Of a DNA stretch of 64,000 nucleotides, positions 8,351-17,279 are shown piece after piece. How positions within the stretch are numbered: position 1 is the first letter of the stretch; every line of letters begins with the position of its first letter. The stretch spans positions 13,581 through 77,580 of the forward strand of contig JAUVZD010000007.1 in assembly GCA_030602715.1 (NCBI GenBank), written 5' to 3'. The notes beneath the pieces were generated by a model. That model searched no databases and was not told the origin of the DNA. It was given only the letters and a program-made list of their open reading frames with translations. The position numbers were made by a program, and so were the translations under genes. This stretch comes from Candidatus Coatesbacteria bacterium (GTDB lineage: Bacteria > RBG-13-66-14 > B26-G2 > JAUVZD01).

Positions 8351-10198
8351 ATGTTTAACGCACAATTACGAGATAACCTTAAAGATTTCTTTGGATCAAA
8401 ATTACTTAGAGTGCCAGAGTATCAAAGACCATATGCATGGGAGAAGAAAAATTGGGAAGATGCTTATAATGACATTAAGGATGTTACAGAAGGAGGAAAC
8501 GGAGATATAGACCATTATTGGGGTACAATAACGCTTTACAAAACTAAAGAAAGAAAAGAAGAAGTAGGAAGAAAATTTACAGTCTATGAGATCATTGATG
8601 GGCAACAGCGAATTGTAACGATTATTCTATTTTTACTGGCGATTTCAAAAATTATTAAAAGTAAAAAGACACAAAAAACTATTATTAATAGTTACATCAA
8701 ACGAGGTGACAAATACCGGGTTGAGCTTGGATTAAAGGAAGATGACGATTTTTTTGATAAACTTATAAGTGGTCAAAGATGTAGAGCAACCAGGTTAAGT
8801 CAAAAAATGCTCAGAGGAGCATTAAACCATTTTTCAAATAAACTAAGAGATTGCAAACAAAAAGAAATTGAAAAAATCTATTATAGTTTAGTTGATTCTA
8901 ATATATTAGAGTTTGTTGTTCATGACAGGGTGATGTCTGTTAGGTCATTTCAGTTATTAAATGACCGTGGTAAGGATATCACTTTGATAGACAAAGTAAA
9001 AAGCACACTTTTGTATTATGTTGTCAAGTGCCTTGATAACAACGAGGATAACAACGAAGCAGAAAAATTACTTGACATCATAAATGGTGAATTTGGGGAT
9101 GTTTTTAATGGATATAGCAAAATAGTAACTGTTGGGCAGAGAAGACATATAAAATACCTTGAGCAACTATCTGAGGATGACTTCTTGAGGTTGTTTTATC
9201 ATTATTTTGGTTACTATGCATTCAAAAAATACGACGTTTGGACACAGGATGAAAATGAAGATTGGGTCGAATATGATTTTGACATTTCTGCAAAAGCTGT
9301 GATAGATTCTTTTACCAAACCAGCTTGCGAAGACCTAAAAAACCCAGAAGAAAAGCAACAACTACATGATTTTGTACTAGATTTTTCAAATATCTTTGCT
9401 GAGTGGTCTCGTTATTTTGCAAAAATGGTTAATAAAGCTAATATGAGAAAGAAAAATTATAAACTCACAAAACTTTTACGGTTTCAACAACTATCCGCAG
9501 AAACATACCCAGTAATAATAAATCTAAATTCCAAGGAAATATTAAACTATGAGATTTTGCATCTTATTGAGGTATTAGATTTCCGCGTATATAAGGTAAA
9601 TCGTGGGGACCCAATAGCAGATTTATACAGAAATTTCGTATCAAAAATAATTCTTGATAATGCTGAGAATGAATTGACGAAAAATGGACAGTTTTTGAAG
9701 GACTATATTAGTCATAAAGGGAATGATGATGATGTTGATTGGTATCTTAACCAAAAAGTATATGGCAAACCATGGGTAAGATATGTTTTATGGGAATTTA
9801 ACAAAAAGTTTAATAAAAAATTTAAAGACCTAGACGCAAAAAAATATTTTGACACAAAAAAAATACAGATAGAACATATATTCCCTAGAGGATTGTTTAA
9901 TGATGTTCCAGAAAATGAAATAAAAAAAATACTTAAGAAATATGGATTTAAAGGTTATAGCGATTACAAAGAAAGTATAAACTGTTTAGGAAACCTAGTT
10001 CTCTTTGAGTATAACCCAAAAACAAGCAATAAACACCCACAGGAAAAAGTAAAATATTACAAAAAATCAAAATTCCCTGCCGCAAAAGCGTTGGCAAAAG
10101 AGATAGAGAAAAGCGGGTTTAACAAAAAGAAGTTAGTGGAACGGACTGAAAAAATTGCAAAATTCTGCTTAAAGCGCTGGTCTATTGAACCAAAATAA
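8351..10198 (+). CDS. GmrSD-family (DUF262 + DUF1524/HNH) modification-dependent restriction endonuclease
   Basis: VPEYQRPYAWE, IIDGQQR, FQLLNDRG (DUF262); IEHIFP and LGNLVL (DUF1524); strongly AT-rich. Confidence 0.88.
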   Translation: MFNAQLRDNLKDFFGSKLLRVPEYQRPYAWEKKNWEDAYNDIKDVTEGGNGDIDHYWGTITLYKTKERKEEVGRKFTVYEIIDGQQRIVTIILFLLAISKIIKSKKTQKTIINSYIKRGDKYRVELGLKEDDDFFDKLISGQRCRATRLSQKMLRGALNHFSNKLRDCKQKEIEKIYYSLVDSNILEFVVHDRVMSVRSFQLLNDRGKDITLIDKVKSTLLYYVVKCLDNNEDNNEAEKLLDIINGEFGDVFNGYSKIVTVGQRRHIKYLEQLSEDDFLRLFYHYFGYYAFKKYDVWTQDENEDWVEYDFDISAKAVIDSFTKPACEDLKNPEEKQQLHDFVLDFSNIFAEWSRYFAKMVNKANMRKKNYKLTKLLRFQQLSAETYPVIINLNSKEILNYEILHLIEVLDFRVYKVNRGDPIADLYRNFVSKIILDNAENELTKNGQFLKDYISHKGNDDDVDWYLNQKVYGKPWVRYVLWEFNKKFNKKFKDLDAKKYFDTKKIQIEHIFPRGLFNDVPENEIKKILKKYGFKGYSDYKESINCLGNLVLFEYNPKTSNKHPQEKVKYYKKSKFPAAKALAKEIEKSGFNKKKLVERTEKIAKFCLKRWSIEPK

Positions 10199-10223
10199 TA
10201 ATACGCCCTAGGAGCATTCAAAC

Positions 10224-11363
10224 TTGCACCCCCTTCCAAGAAATATCCTGCAAATCGCCTTAATACTTATCCTTTGCGCCCTCCCAATCATCTCCCGGGG
10301 GGGCGATTCCGCCCTCCTACTATCCCAACTGAGCATATTGGACGGTCGGGTGGGCATCGGCTTAAACTACACCTTCACTGTGGACAATGCCGAGCTTTCG
10401 CCTGTGGAACACCCCTGCCCCTACGAGAAGAGCTACATCGCCCAGGAGTTACATCCCTACCTCCGCTTCACCCTCCATAAAAGTGACGAATCGCTGATAG
10501 AACTCCGCCCCGGCTTGCGCCTGGTTCACATCATCGGCGGAGGGGTCGCCGTCCACCCCCGCATTCAGGCTGAGCTGGCAAGCACAAGCCACCACCTCCT
10601 GCTGGGTCACTTCCGTCCTGACCTCCACCCCCTCTTCCTGCACCTCAAGGCGGAGAGCGACGATTGGCCCGGCGCAGACTACACCTTCAGCAGGGGCTTC
10701 TTCGGCTTTGACCTGCTTGCCGCCCGCACCCAGATACCCGCCGACCGAACCTACGAAACCATCCCTCTGGCGGTCCGTTTGACCGCTTCCTACGGTGGAC
10801 TTTTTCAAATCTCCGCCCTGGCATCAGCCCTCCATCTGGCAGGTCATGACACCGGCGGCACCGGCTATAAACCGCCTGAGCCCTCCAAGCGAGAGTTTCT
10901 CTGCTACGGTGCGGTCGCCGATTTCTCCCTACTTCGCCCCTTCATCTCCAGCGAAGGATGGCTGAACGACATACGAGTGAACGGCGCTCTGGCATTTGGT
11001 CTGGAGCGAGGGGTGGACGGAGGTCTCGCCTGGGATGTAGGCGTGGAGTTAAGGCTATTCAGTTTTATGGGCTTTGCAAGCAACTACTACTCCCTGCAAG
11101 GGGAGTTTGTCTCCCCTCTTGCCCACGACGAACTGCGGGGCGCATCATTCTACTGGTCCAAAGGCTGGAGCTACAGCCAGCCCGGCGCCTACCCCGACCA
11201 CCGCTATCTCAATTTCATCCTCTCCGGCGGCTGGGAATTCATCGGCGCCGTATCGGTGAGCGGAAGTGTGGAGCAGGGCTATCATTTTGAGAAAGACGAC
11301 GACGGAATGCGCCGTCTATACAGCTACAATCGGTTTATCTGCTCGTTGAATATCAGCCTTTAG
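10224..11363 (+). CDS. Hypothetical exported, probable outer-membrane beta-barrel protein
   Basis: Signal-like N-terminus, alternating beta-strand pattern, C-terminal strand RFICSLNISL. Confidence 0.5.
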   Translation: MHPLPRNILQIALILILCALPIISRGGDSALLLSQLSILDGRVGIGLNYTFTVDNAELSPVEHPCPYEKSYIAQELHPYLRFTLHKSDESLIELRPGLRLVHIIGGGVAVHPRIQAELASTSHHLLLGHFRPDLHPLFLHLKAESDDWPGADYTFSRGFFGFDLLAARTQIPADRTYETIPLAVRLTASYGGLFQISALASALHLAGHDTGGTGYKPPEPSKREFLCYGAVADFSLLRPFISSEGWLNDIRVNGALAFGLERGVDGGLAWDVGVELRLFSFMGFASNYYSLQGEFVSPLAHDELRGASFYWSKGWSYSQPGAYPDHRYLNFILSGGWEFIGAVSVSGSVEQGYHFEKDDDGMRRLYSYNRFICSLNISL

Positions 11364-11395
11364 GCAAAGTTTTTGCAGATAACTCAGGTTGGTTT

Positions 11396-11424
11396 TGTAG
11401 CGGAGAGTTGAACTCTCCGCTACA
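11396..11424. repeat. GTAG-type REP-like perfect palindrome
   Basis: TGTAGCGGAGAGTT-G-AACTCTCCGCTACA (14-bp arms). Confidence 0.6.
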
Positions 11425-11521
11425 TTAATAACCCCCACCTATAAAAATACCACCCACCCACAAAAACATTGACAAGCGGGTGGGATTGACTTATTTTGGG
11501 GGAAATCAAGGGGTGTTCATC

Positions 11522-12787
11522 ATGGACATCTTCGTCTATTTTACCGATATCATCGGCTCCCGGGTCTACTCCCAAAAGGGGCGCTACCTGGGCAAGGTTA
11601 AGGACCTCATCGCCCGAAGCGAAGTCCTCTACCCATTGGTGCTCCGCTTCGTCATCCGCTCCCCCCGCTTCGGACCCCTCTTGGACCTCCCCTGGGAGGC
11701 GGTCAAGAGCCTGGGAAAAAAGAAGATACGGCTTGTCCGTGGCGGTGAGAAGAAGCTAGTCCCCCACTATCAGGACCCGGAGGAGCTGGTCCTGCGTCTG
11801 GATATCCTGGATATGCAGATTCTGGACACCGACGGTGCCAAGGTGGTGCGGGTGAACGACATCCACCTGCTCAACACGGATAAAGGGATGCGCATCGTCC
11901 ATGTGGACGTGGGCTTCCGGGGCATCCTGCGCCGACTGGGCTACACCCGTCCAGCGGATGCGCTGACCGAATGGCTCTTTTCCGCAAAATTCAAAGAACA
12001 ACTGATCGGCTGGAAATATATCGTCCCCCTGGGGGGACACTTCTCCCCCCTCAAGTTAAAGCTCTCGTTGGCACAGAGGCGTCTTGCCGAACTCCACCCC
12101 GCCGACCTGGCCGACATAATGGAGGAGCTTGCGGTGCATGAGCGGCAGGCGCTATTCTCCAGCCTGGATGTGGAGACCGCAGGCGAAGCCCTGGAGGAGA
12201 TTGACGACCCCAAACTGCAGACTGAGTTGCTCGGTGCGGTGGACGAGGAGGTGGCAAGCGACATACTGGAAGAGATGGAACCCGACGAAGCGGTGGATTT
12301 ACTCATAGACCTGCCCGAGGAGGTGACCGAGGAGTTGGTTGATGCTATGGAGGATAAGAAGCGGGCTGGTGAGTTGCGCCGACTGATGACCCACGACGAG
12401 GGAAGTGTCGGCTCCATCATGACCACCGAGTATCTGACCATCACTCCCCAGGCGACCGTCCGCCAGGTGCTTAACCTCATCCGCAAAAGCGTCAAGGATG
12501 TAGAGGATATCTACTATATATATGCGGTCACCAAGGAGGGGGAACTGCGCGGGGTGGTGTCAATCAAGGAGCTTGTTACCGCGAAGGGAACTGATATTAT
12601 CCGCAAAATCATGCACAAAAAGGTCATCTCGGTAAAGGATGACGATCCGGTCAAATTTGCCTCTGAGATACTCAGTAAATACAACTTCATAATGGTTCCA
12701 GTGGTGGATGAGGACGAGCACCTTTTAGGGGTAATCTACTGGAAGGATGCGGTGGAGGCGGTCCTTCCCAAATTCGCTGAGGATTAG
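11522..12787 (+). CDS. MgtE intracellular-domain protein (PRC-barrel + MgtE_N + CBS pair, no TM domain)
   Basis: KVVRVNDI, LAELHPADLADIMEE, EMEPDEAVDLL, GSIMTTEY, CBS pair. Confidence 0.85.
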   Translation: MDIFVYFTDIIGSRVYSQKGRYLGKVKDLIARSEVLYPLVLRFVIRSPRFGPLLDLPWEAVKSLGKKKIRLVRGGEKKLVPHYQDPEELVLRLDILDMQILDTDGAKVVRVNDIHLLNTDKGMRIVHVDVGFRGILRRLGYTRPADALTEWLFSAKFKEQLIGWKYIVPLGGHFSPLKLKLSLAQRRLAELHPADLADIMEELAVHERQALFSSLDVETAGEALEEIDDPKLQTELLGAVDEEVASDILEEMEPDEAVDLLIDLPEEVTEELVDAMEDKKRAGELRRLMTHDEGSVGSIMTTEYLTITPQATVRQVLNLIRKSVKDVEDIYYIYAVTKEGELRGVVSIKELVTAKGTDIIRKIMHKKVISVKDDDPVKFASEILSKYNFIMVPVVDEDEHLLGVIYWKDAVEAVLPKFAED

Positions 12788-12789
12788 GT

Positions 12790-14100
12790 TTGAGCGATAA
12801 AGATACAGAAAGCACTCTGCAAAAAGCTCCTCTATGGTATAAACCCATCGCCTGGACCAGAAACTGGCTTCCCAGACTGCGGGGAATCTGGCTCTTTCTG
12901 GCGGTGCTTGGTCCGGGAATCATCACCTCCAGCGTGGACAACGACGCCGGAGGCATAGCCACCTACTCCATCTGCGGGGCAAGGTACGGCTACAGCCTGC
13001 TCTGGTCGCTTTTACCCATCACCATTGCCCTGATGGTCATCCAGGAGATGTGCACCCGCATGGGGGTGGTGACCGGCAAGGGTCTCTCCGACCTCATCAG
13101 GGAACGCTTCGGGGTGCGCCTGACCTTCTACCTGTTAATCGGGATGCTCATCGGCAACCTGGGAAATGTGCTGGCGGAGTTCGCCGGGGTAGCCGCCAGT
13201 ATGGAGCTGGTCGGGGTCTCCAAGTATATCTCTGTGCCCATAGCGGGGGTGGCGGTATGGCTTCTGGTCATCAAGGTCAGCCACAAACGGGTGGAAAAGG
13301 TCTTCCTCCTGGCCTGCCTGCTTTACGCCTTCTACATCATCTCCGCCTTCCTCTCCCAGCCCGACTGGGGCGAGGTGTTGACCTCCGTGGCGCGCCCCCG
13401 GATAGAGTGGGGAAGCGGATACTTCGTCATGCTAGTGGGGGTCATAGGCACCACCATCTCCCCCTGGATGCAGTTCTATCTACAATCAGCGGTGGTGGAG
13501 AAGGGCATCAAGGTGGATTATTTAAAATTCTCCCGGCTGGATACCGTGCTCGGCAGTTTCATCGTCAACATCATCGCCTTCTTCATCATCGTGGTCTGCG
13601 CCGCGACCATCTTCGTCGCCGGTCTGCCCATAGAGACGGTCAAAGACGCCGCCGTCGCCCTCAAGCCCCTGGCTGGCGACTACGCCTCCCTGCTCTACTC
13701 CTTCGGCTTGCTCAACGCCTCTCTCTTCGCCGCCTCCATCCTTCCCCTCTCCACCGCCTTCATTATCTGTGAGGGCTTCGGTTGGGAGACCGGGGTGGAC
13801 AAGAAATTCAACCAGGCGCCGCAGTTCTACACCCTCTACTCCCTGCTCATCCTCTTCGGGGTGCTCTTCATACTCATCCCCAATCTGCCTCTGCTGGATA
13901 TCATGTTCACCACCCAGGTGATAAACGGCATACTTCTCCCGGTCATCCTGGTGGTGATGCTTGTGCTCATAAATGATCGGCGGATAATGGGCGATTATGT
14001 CAACAGCACCAAGGCAAACATCGCCTCATACATCACCGTAGGCGCGGTGATAGCCATTACCTTGACTATGGTGGTCCTCGCCCTGATGGGCACAGGGTAA
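12790..14100 (+). CDS. NRAMP-family divalent metal transporter (NrmT-like)
   Basis: GPGIITSSVDNDAGGIATYS, QEMCTRMGVVTGKGL, GTTISPWM. Confidence 0.9.
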   Translation: MSDKDTESTLQKAPLWYKPIAWTRNWLPRLRGIWLFLAVLGPGIITSSVDNDAGGIATYSICGARYGYSLLWSLLPITIALMVIQEMCTRMGVVTGKGLSDLIRERFGVRLTFYLLIGMLIGNLGNVLAEFAGVAASMELVGVSKYISVPIAGVAVWLLVIKVSHKRVEKVFLLACLLYAFYIISAFLSQPDWGEVLTSVARPRIEWGSGYFVMLVGVIGTTISPWMQFYLQSAVVEKGIKVDYLKFSRLDTVLGSFIVNIIAFFIIVVCAATIFVAGLPIETVKDAAVALKPLAGDYASLLYSFGLLNASLFAASILPLSTAFIICEGFGWETGVDKKFNQAPQFYTLYSLLILFGVLFILIPNLPLLDIMFTTQVINGILLPVILVVMLVLINDRRIMGDYVNSTKANIASYITVGAVIAITLTMVVLALMGTG

Positions 14101-14178
14101 GCCCCACGGATGGTGATTTATTTTTTGTAGACGAAGGGAAAACCACAAGCTTTACTTTAGATAACCAAAGGTTGCAAA

Positions 14179-14961
14179 ATGAAAAAAGACGAACATATCT
14201 GGAAGACGGCAATCACCGACGCCCGCCCCAACTCCATCCGTTTGCGGGGCTACCGCATTGACGAGTTGATGGGGCGCATCCCTTATTCCCAGGCGGTCTT
14301 TCTGGCTTTCACCGGCAGACTGCCCAACGAGGAAGAGGGACGGTTGGTGGACGCCATCCTGGTCAGCTCCATAGACCATGGGGCTACGCCCCCCTCCACC
14401 CTGGTAGCCCGCACCGTAGCCGGCTGCGATGTTCCCCTGACCAGCGCGCTTGCCGCCGGCATCCTCTCCATCGGCAAAGCCCACGGAGGAGCGGTGGAGG
14501 GCTGTATGGAGCTCATCGGCGAGACGGTTACGATGGCGGATAAGGAAGGCGTCAGCATAGAGGAAGCCGGCCAACGCATAGTCGCCGAGGCTGAAGCCTG
14601 CGGTCGGCGTCTGCCCGGACTGGGTCACCGCTATCACACCGCCGACCCCCGCACCGCACGGCTCTTTGAGCTGGCCGAGGAGTGCAAGTTCTCCGGACGC
14701 CACATCCAGGCATTGAAGGCGATAGAGTCCGCCTTCGCCAAATCCAAGGGCAAAAAAATCCCCATCAATATTGACGGAGCTATCGCCGCCTGCCTCTGCG
14801 AGATGGGCTTCCCCAGCTCCGCCGGAAACGGCTTCTTCATCATCGCTCGCACCACAGGCTTGATAAACCATATTCTGGAGGAGTGGGCACGAGAGCCCAA
14901 GATGCGCAAGATATTCCCGGATTCGGCGGTGTATGATGGGGAGGGGGACAGGAGCTTATAG
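14179..14961 (+). CDS. Citryl-CoA lyase / citrate synthase-like protein
   Basis: WKTAIT, SIDHG..PPST, HGGAVE, LPGLGHRYH..DPR, INIDGAIA. Confidence 0.82.
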   Translation: MKKDEHIWKTAITDARPNSIRLRGYRIDELMGRIPYSQAVFLAFTGRLPNEEEGRLVDAILVSSIDHGATPPSTLVARTVAGCDVPLTSALAAGILSIGKAHGGAVEGCMELIGETVTMADKEGVSIEEAGQRIVAEAEACGRRLPGLGHRYHTADPRTARLFELAEECKFSGRHIQALKAIESAFAKSKGKKIPINIDGAIAACLCEMGFPSSAGNGFFIIARTTGLINHILEEWAREPKMRKIFPDSAVYDGEGDRSL

Positions 14962-14974
14962 CCCCCAACCCACC

Positions 14975-16252
14975 ATGCCCTCACCACCCACCAGCATCAC
15001 CCTCACCAAAGACCAACAACTGGCTTTCATCCTGGAATGTCAGGGATTGGGGAAGCGTCCCAGGCGCCCGGGAAAGGCGGACATCTCCGCCCTCATAGAC
15101 CGGCTGGGCTATCTGCAGATAGACACCATACAGGCGGTTCGGCGCAGTCAATATCTGGTCCTGTGGTCCCGATTGGGCAGTTACAATGTAGAGCTGTTAC
15201 ATCAACTGGCATATAAAGACCGTGCCCTCTTTGAGGGTTACTCCCACATGCTAAGCTACATCCCTATGGCTCACTTCCCCCTCTTCTGGATTCGGCATCT
15301 GGAATATCGTAAGAAGCCCCATCCCTGGATGGAGCGGATGGTCAAGGAACTCAAGGGACTGGAGGGGGATGTGCTCTGCCAGATTAAGGAGCGAGGCGCG
15401 CACACCAGCCGGGGGTTCTCAGGGTTACCCGACATACCTGACAAGTATAGGGGGGTAACCTGGGCTTGGCGTCCCTTGCGCGTCGCCCTGGAGCATCTTT
15501 GGAATCGTGGCGAGCTTCTGATAAGCGACCGGGACAACTTCACACGCGTCTATGACCTGACCGAGCGGGTCCTGCCCTCCCCCCCACCCGAAAGCGCTCC
15601 AAGCGAAGATGAACGCAAGCGCTACATCGCCCGGACCACCCTCAAAGCCTGGGGACTAATCACCGAGCGGGACCTGGCGCAGTATGTCCTCCCCCGGGCG
15701 CTCTATGTCAAGCTGTCCAACTCCCGCATTCGTGAGAAACTTCTGCGGGAGATGATTGACCGGGGTGAGGTGGGAACTGCGCAGATGGAGGGTATGGAGG
15801 AGACATTCTACTATCTCACCGACCTGAAGCCCCAACTGGATGCCGTCCTCCGCAGAAGGAAGCCCCTGCCCGATTTTCTCACCCTCCTATCCCCCTTTGA
15901 TAATCTCATCTGTGACCGTCGGCGCACAAAACGAGTCTTCGGCGTGGACTACGCCCTGGAGGCTTACAAGCCCCCCCAACAACGACTTCGGGGCTACTTC
16001 GCCATGCCCATACTGTGGCGTGGGAGACTGGTGGGTTACATAGACCCCCGCCTGGAGCGCAAGCGAGGGGTGATTCGGGTGGACAATGCGGAGTTGGAAG
16101 GGGGATTTAAGGGCGACGATGCCTTCTATTCACATCTGGCGAAAATTCTGAGGGATTTCTTGGGATTTCATGGAGCGGAGAGGATTGAGGTGGGGAGAGC
16201 CAAGCCACCATCGCTCAAAAGGTGGCTTTCGGAGTTTAAGGATAAGATGTAG
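14975..16252 (+). CDS. ycaQ: YcaQ/AlkZ-family DNA crosslink-repair glycosylase
   Basis: LQIDTIQAVRRSQYLVLWSRL (QxD motif), RVYDLTERVLP, LLSPFDNLI, EAYKP..QR..GYFAMPIL. Confidence 0.85.
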   Translation: MPSPPTSITLTKDQQLAFILECQGLGKRPRRPGKADISALIDRLGYLQIDTIQAVRRSQYLVLWSRLGSYNVELLHQLAYKDRALFEGYSHMLSYIPMAHFPLFWIRHLEYRKKPHPWMERMVKELKGLEGDVLCQIKERGAHTSRGFSGLPDIPDKYRGVTWAWRPLRVALEHLWNRGELLISDRDNFTRVYDLTERVLPSPPPESAPSEDERKRYIARTTLKAWGLITERDLAQYVLPRALYVKLSNSRIREKLLREMIDRGEVGTAQMEGMEETFYYLTDLKPQLDAVLRRRKPLPDFLTLLSPFDNLICDRRRTKRVFGVDYALEAYKPPQQRLRGYFAMPILWRGRLVGYIDPRLERKRGVIRVDNAELEGGFKGDDAFYSHLAKILRDFLGFHGAERIEVGRAKPPSLKRWLSEFKDKM

Positions 16253-16276
16253 GAGCGTATAAACTGAATGAAGTAG

Positions 16277-17080
16277 ATGCACGATTGGCTTAAAGAAAAG
16301 GTAAAACTTGGCAGAAGCGACCTCTTCGCCGGACGGTTGGGCTTGGGTTCCAGCTACGGAGCGCCCGCCCGGGCATTTGAAGCGGCTTATGCTGCCGGAT
16401 GCAATTATTTTTACTGGGGCGCACTACGCCTCCCCGGGATGGCAAAGGCTATCCGCAACATCGTCGCCCGGGGGGAACGGGATAAGCTAATTGTGGTCGT
16501 CCAGGTTTTTCGGCGCAGACCCACCCCGATGGAAAAAAGCCTGATGCGGGGGCTCAAAAGGCTTGGTCTGGATTACGCAGATGTTCTCCTCCTGGGTTGG
16601 TATAATAAGCCGCCCAAGCCCCAAATCCTGAACCATGCCCAGAAGCTACGGGAGCAGGGAGCATTCCACTATCTGGGTCTCTCCACCCACAACCGGTCTC
16701 TTATCCCTCAGTTGGCTAAAGACGAGCGCTTTGACCTTTTCCACATCCGCTACAACGCCGCCAACCGGGGCGCCGAAACGGACCTCTTCCCCCACATTCC
16801 TGACGATAGACCCGGTATAGTGGCATTCAACGCCACCAAGCGGAGGGCTCTCATGATATCCGGGCGGATACCCCCTCATGAAAAGCGACCCACCGCCGGC
16901 GACTGCTACCGCTTTGCCCTCACCAACCCGTCCGTAGATGTGGTTATCACCGCGCCGTCCAACACCAGGCAACTTCACGAAAACCTCGTAGAGACCGCCA
17001 GGGGTCCCATGAGCCGGAAAGAGCTGGAATGGATGCGCCGGATAGGCGATTACATTTACAAAAAGAAGCGGGATTATTAA
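16277..17080 (+). CDS. Aldo/keto reductase family protein
   Basis: LGLGSSYG, LKRLGLDYADVLLL, LGLSTH, RFALTNPSVDVV. Confidence 0.78.
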   Translation: MHDWLKEKVKLGRSDLFAGRLGLGSSYGAPARAFEAAYAAGCNYFYWGALRLPGMAKAIRNIVARGERDKLIVVVQVFRRRPTPMEKSLMRGLKRLGLDYADVLLLGWYNKPPKPQILNHAQKLREQGAFHYLGLSTHNRSLIPQLAKDERFDLFHIRYNAANRGAETDLFPHIPDDRPGIVAFNATKRRALMISGRIPPHEKRPTAGDCYRFALTNPSVDVVITAPSNTRQLHENLVETARGPMSRKELEWMRRIGDYIYKKKRDY

Positions 17081-17106
17081 ATTGGGAATTGAAAGCATTA
17101 AATAAC

Positions 17107-17132
17107 AAAAAAGCCGGGCTTTGCGCCCGGCT
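17107..17132. terminator. Intrinsic terminator hairpin
   Basis: AAAAAAGCCGGGC-TTTGC-GCCCGGCT. Confidence 0.6.
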
Positions 17133-17279
17133 AACCTTTATCCAGAGGATAAATATTAAACCCTCAATTAAAATTCACAAGACACTTTCCATATTGTCTT
17201 AAAACCATCAAACCCTCGGTTGACATCTTTTCCATTTCAATTTATACTTCAATTATGGACCTTCAAGGAAGAGCCAGAT

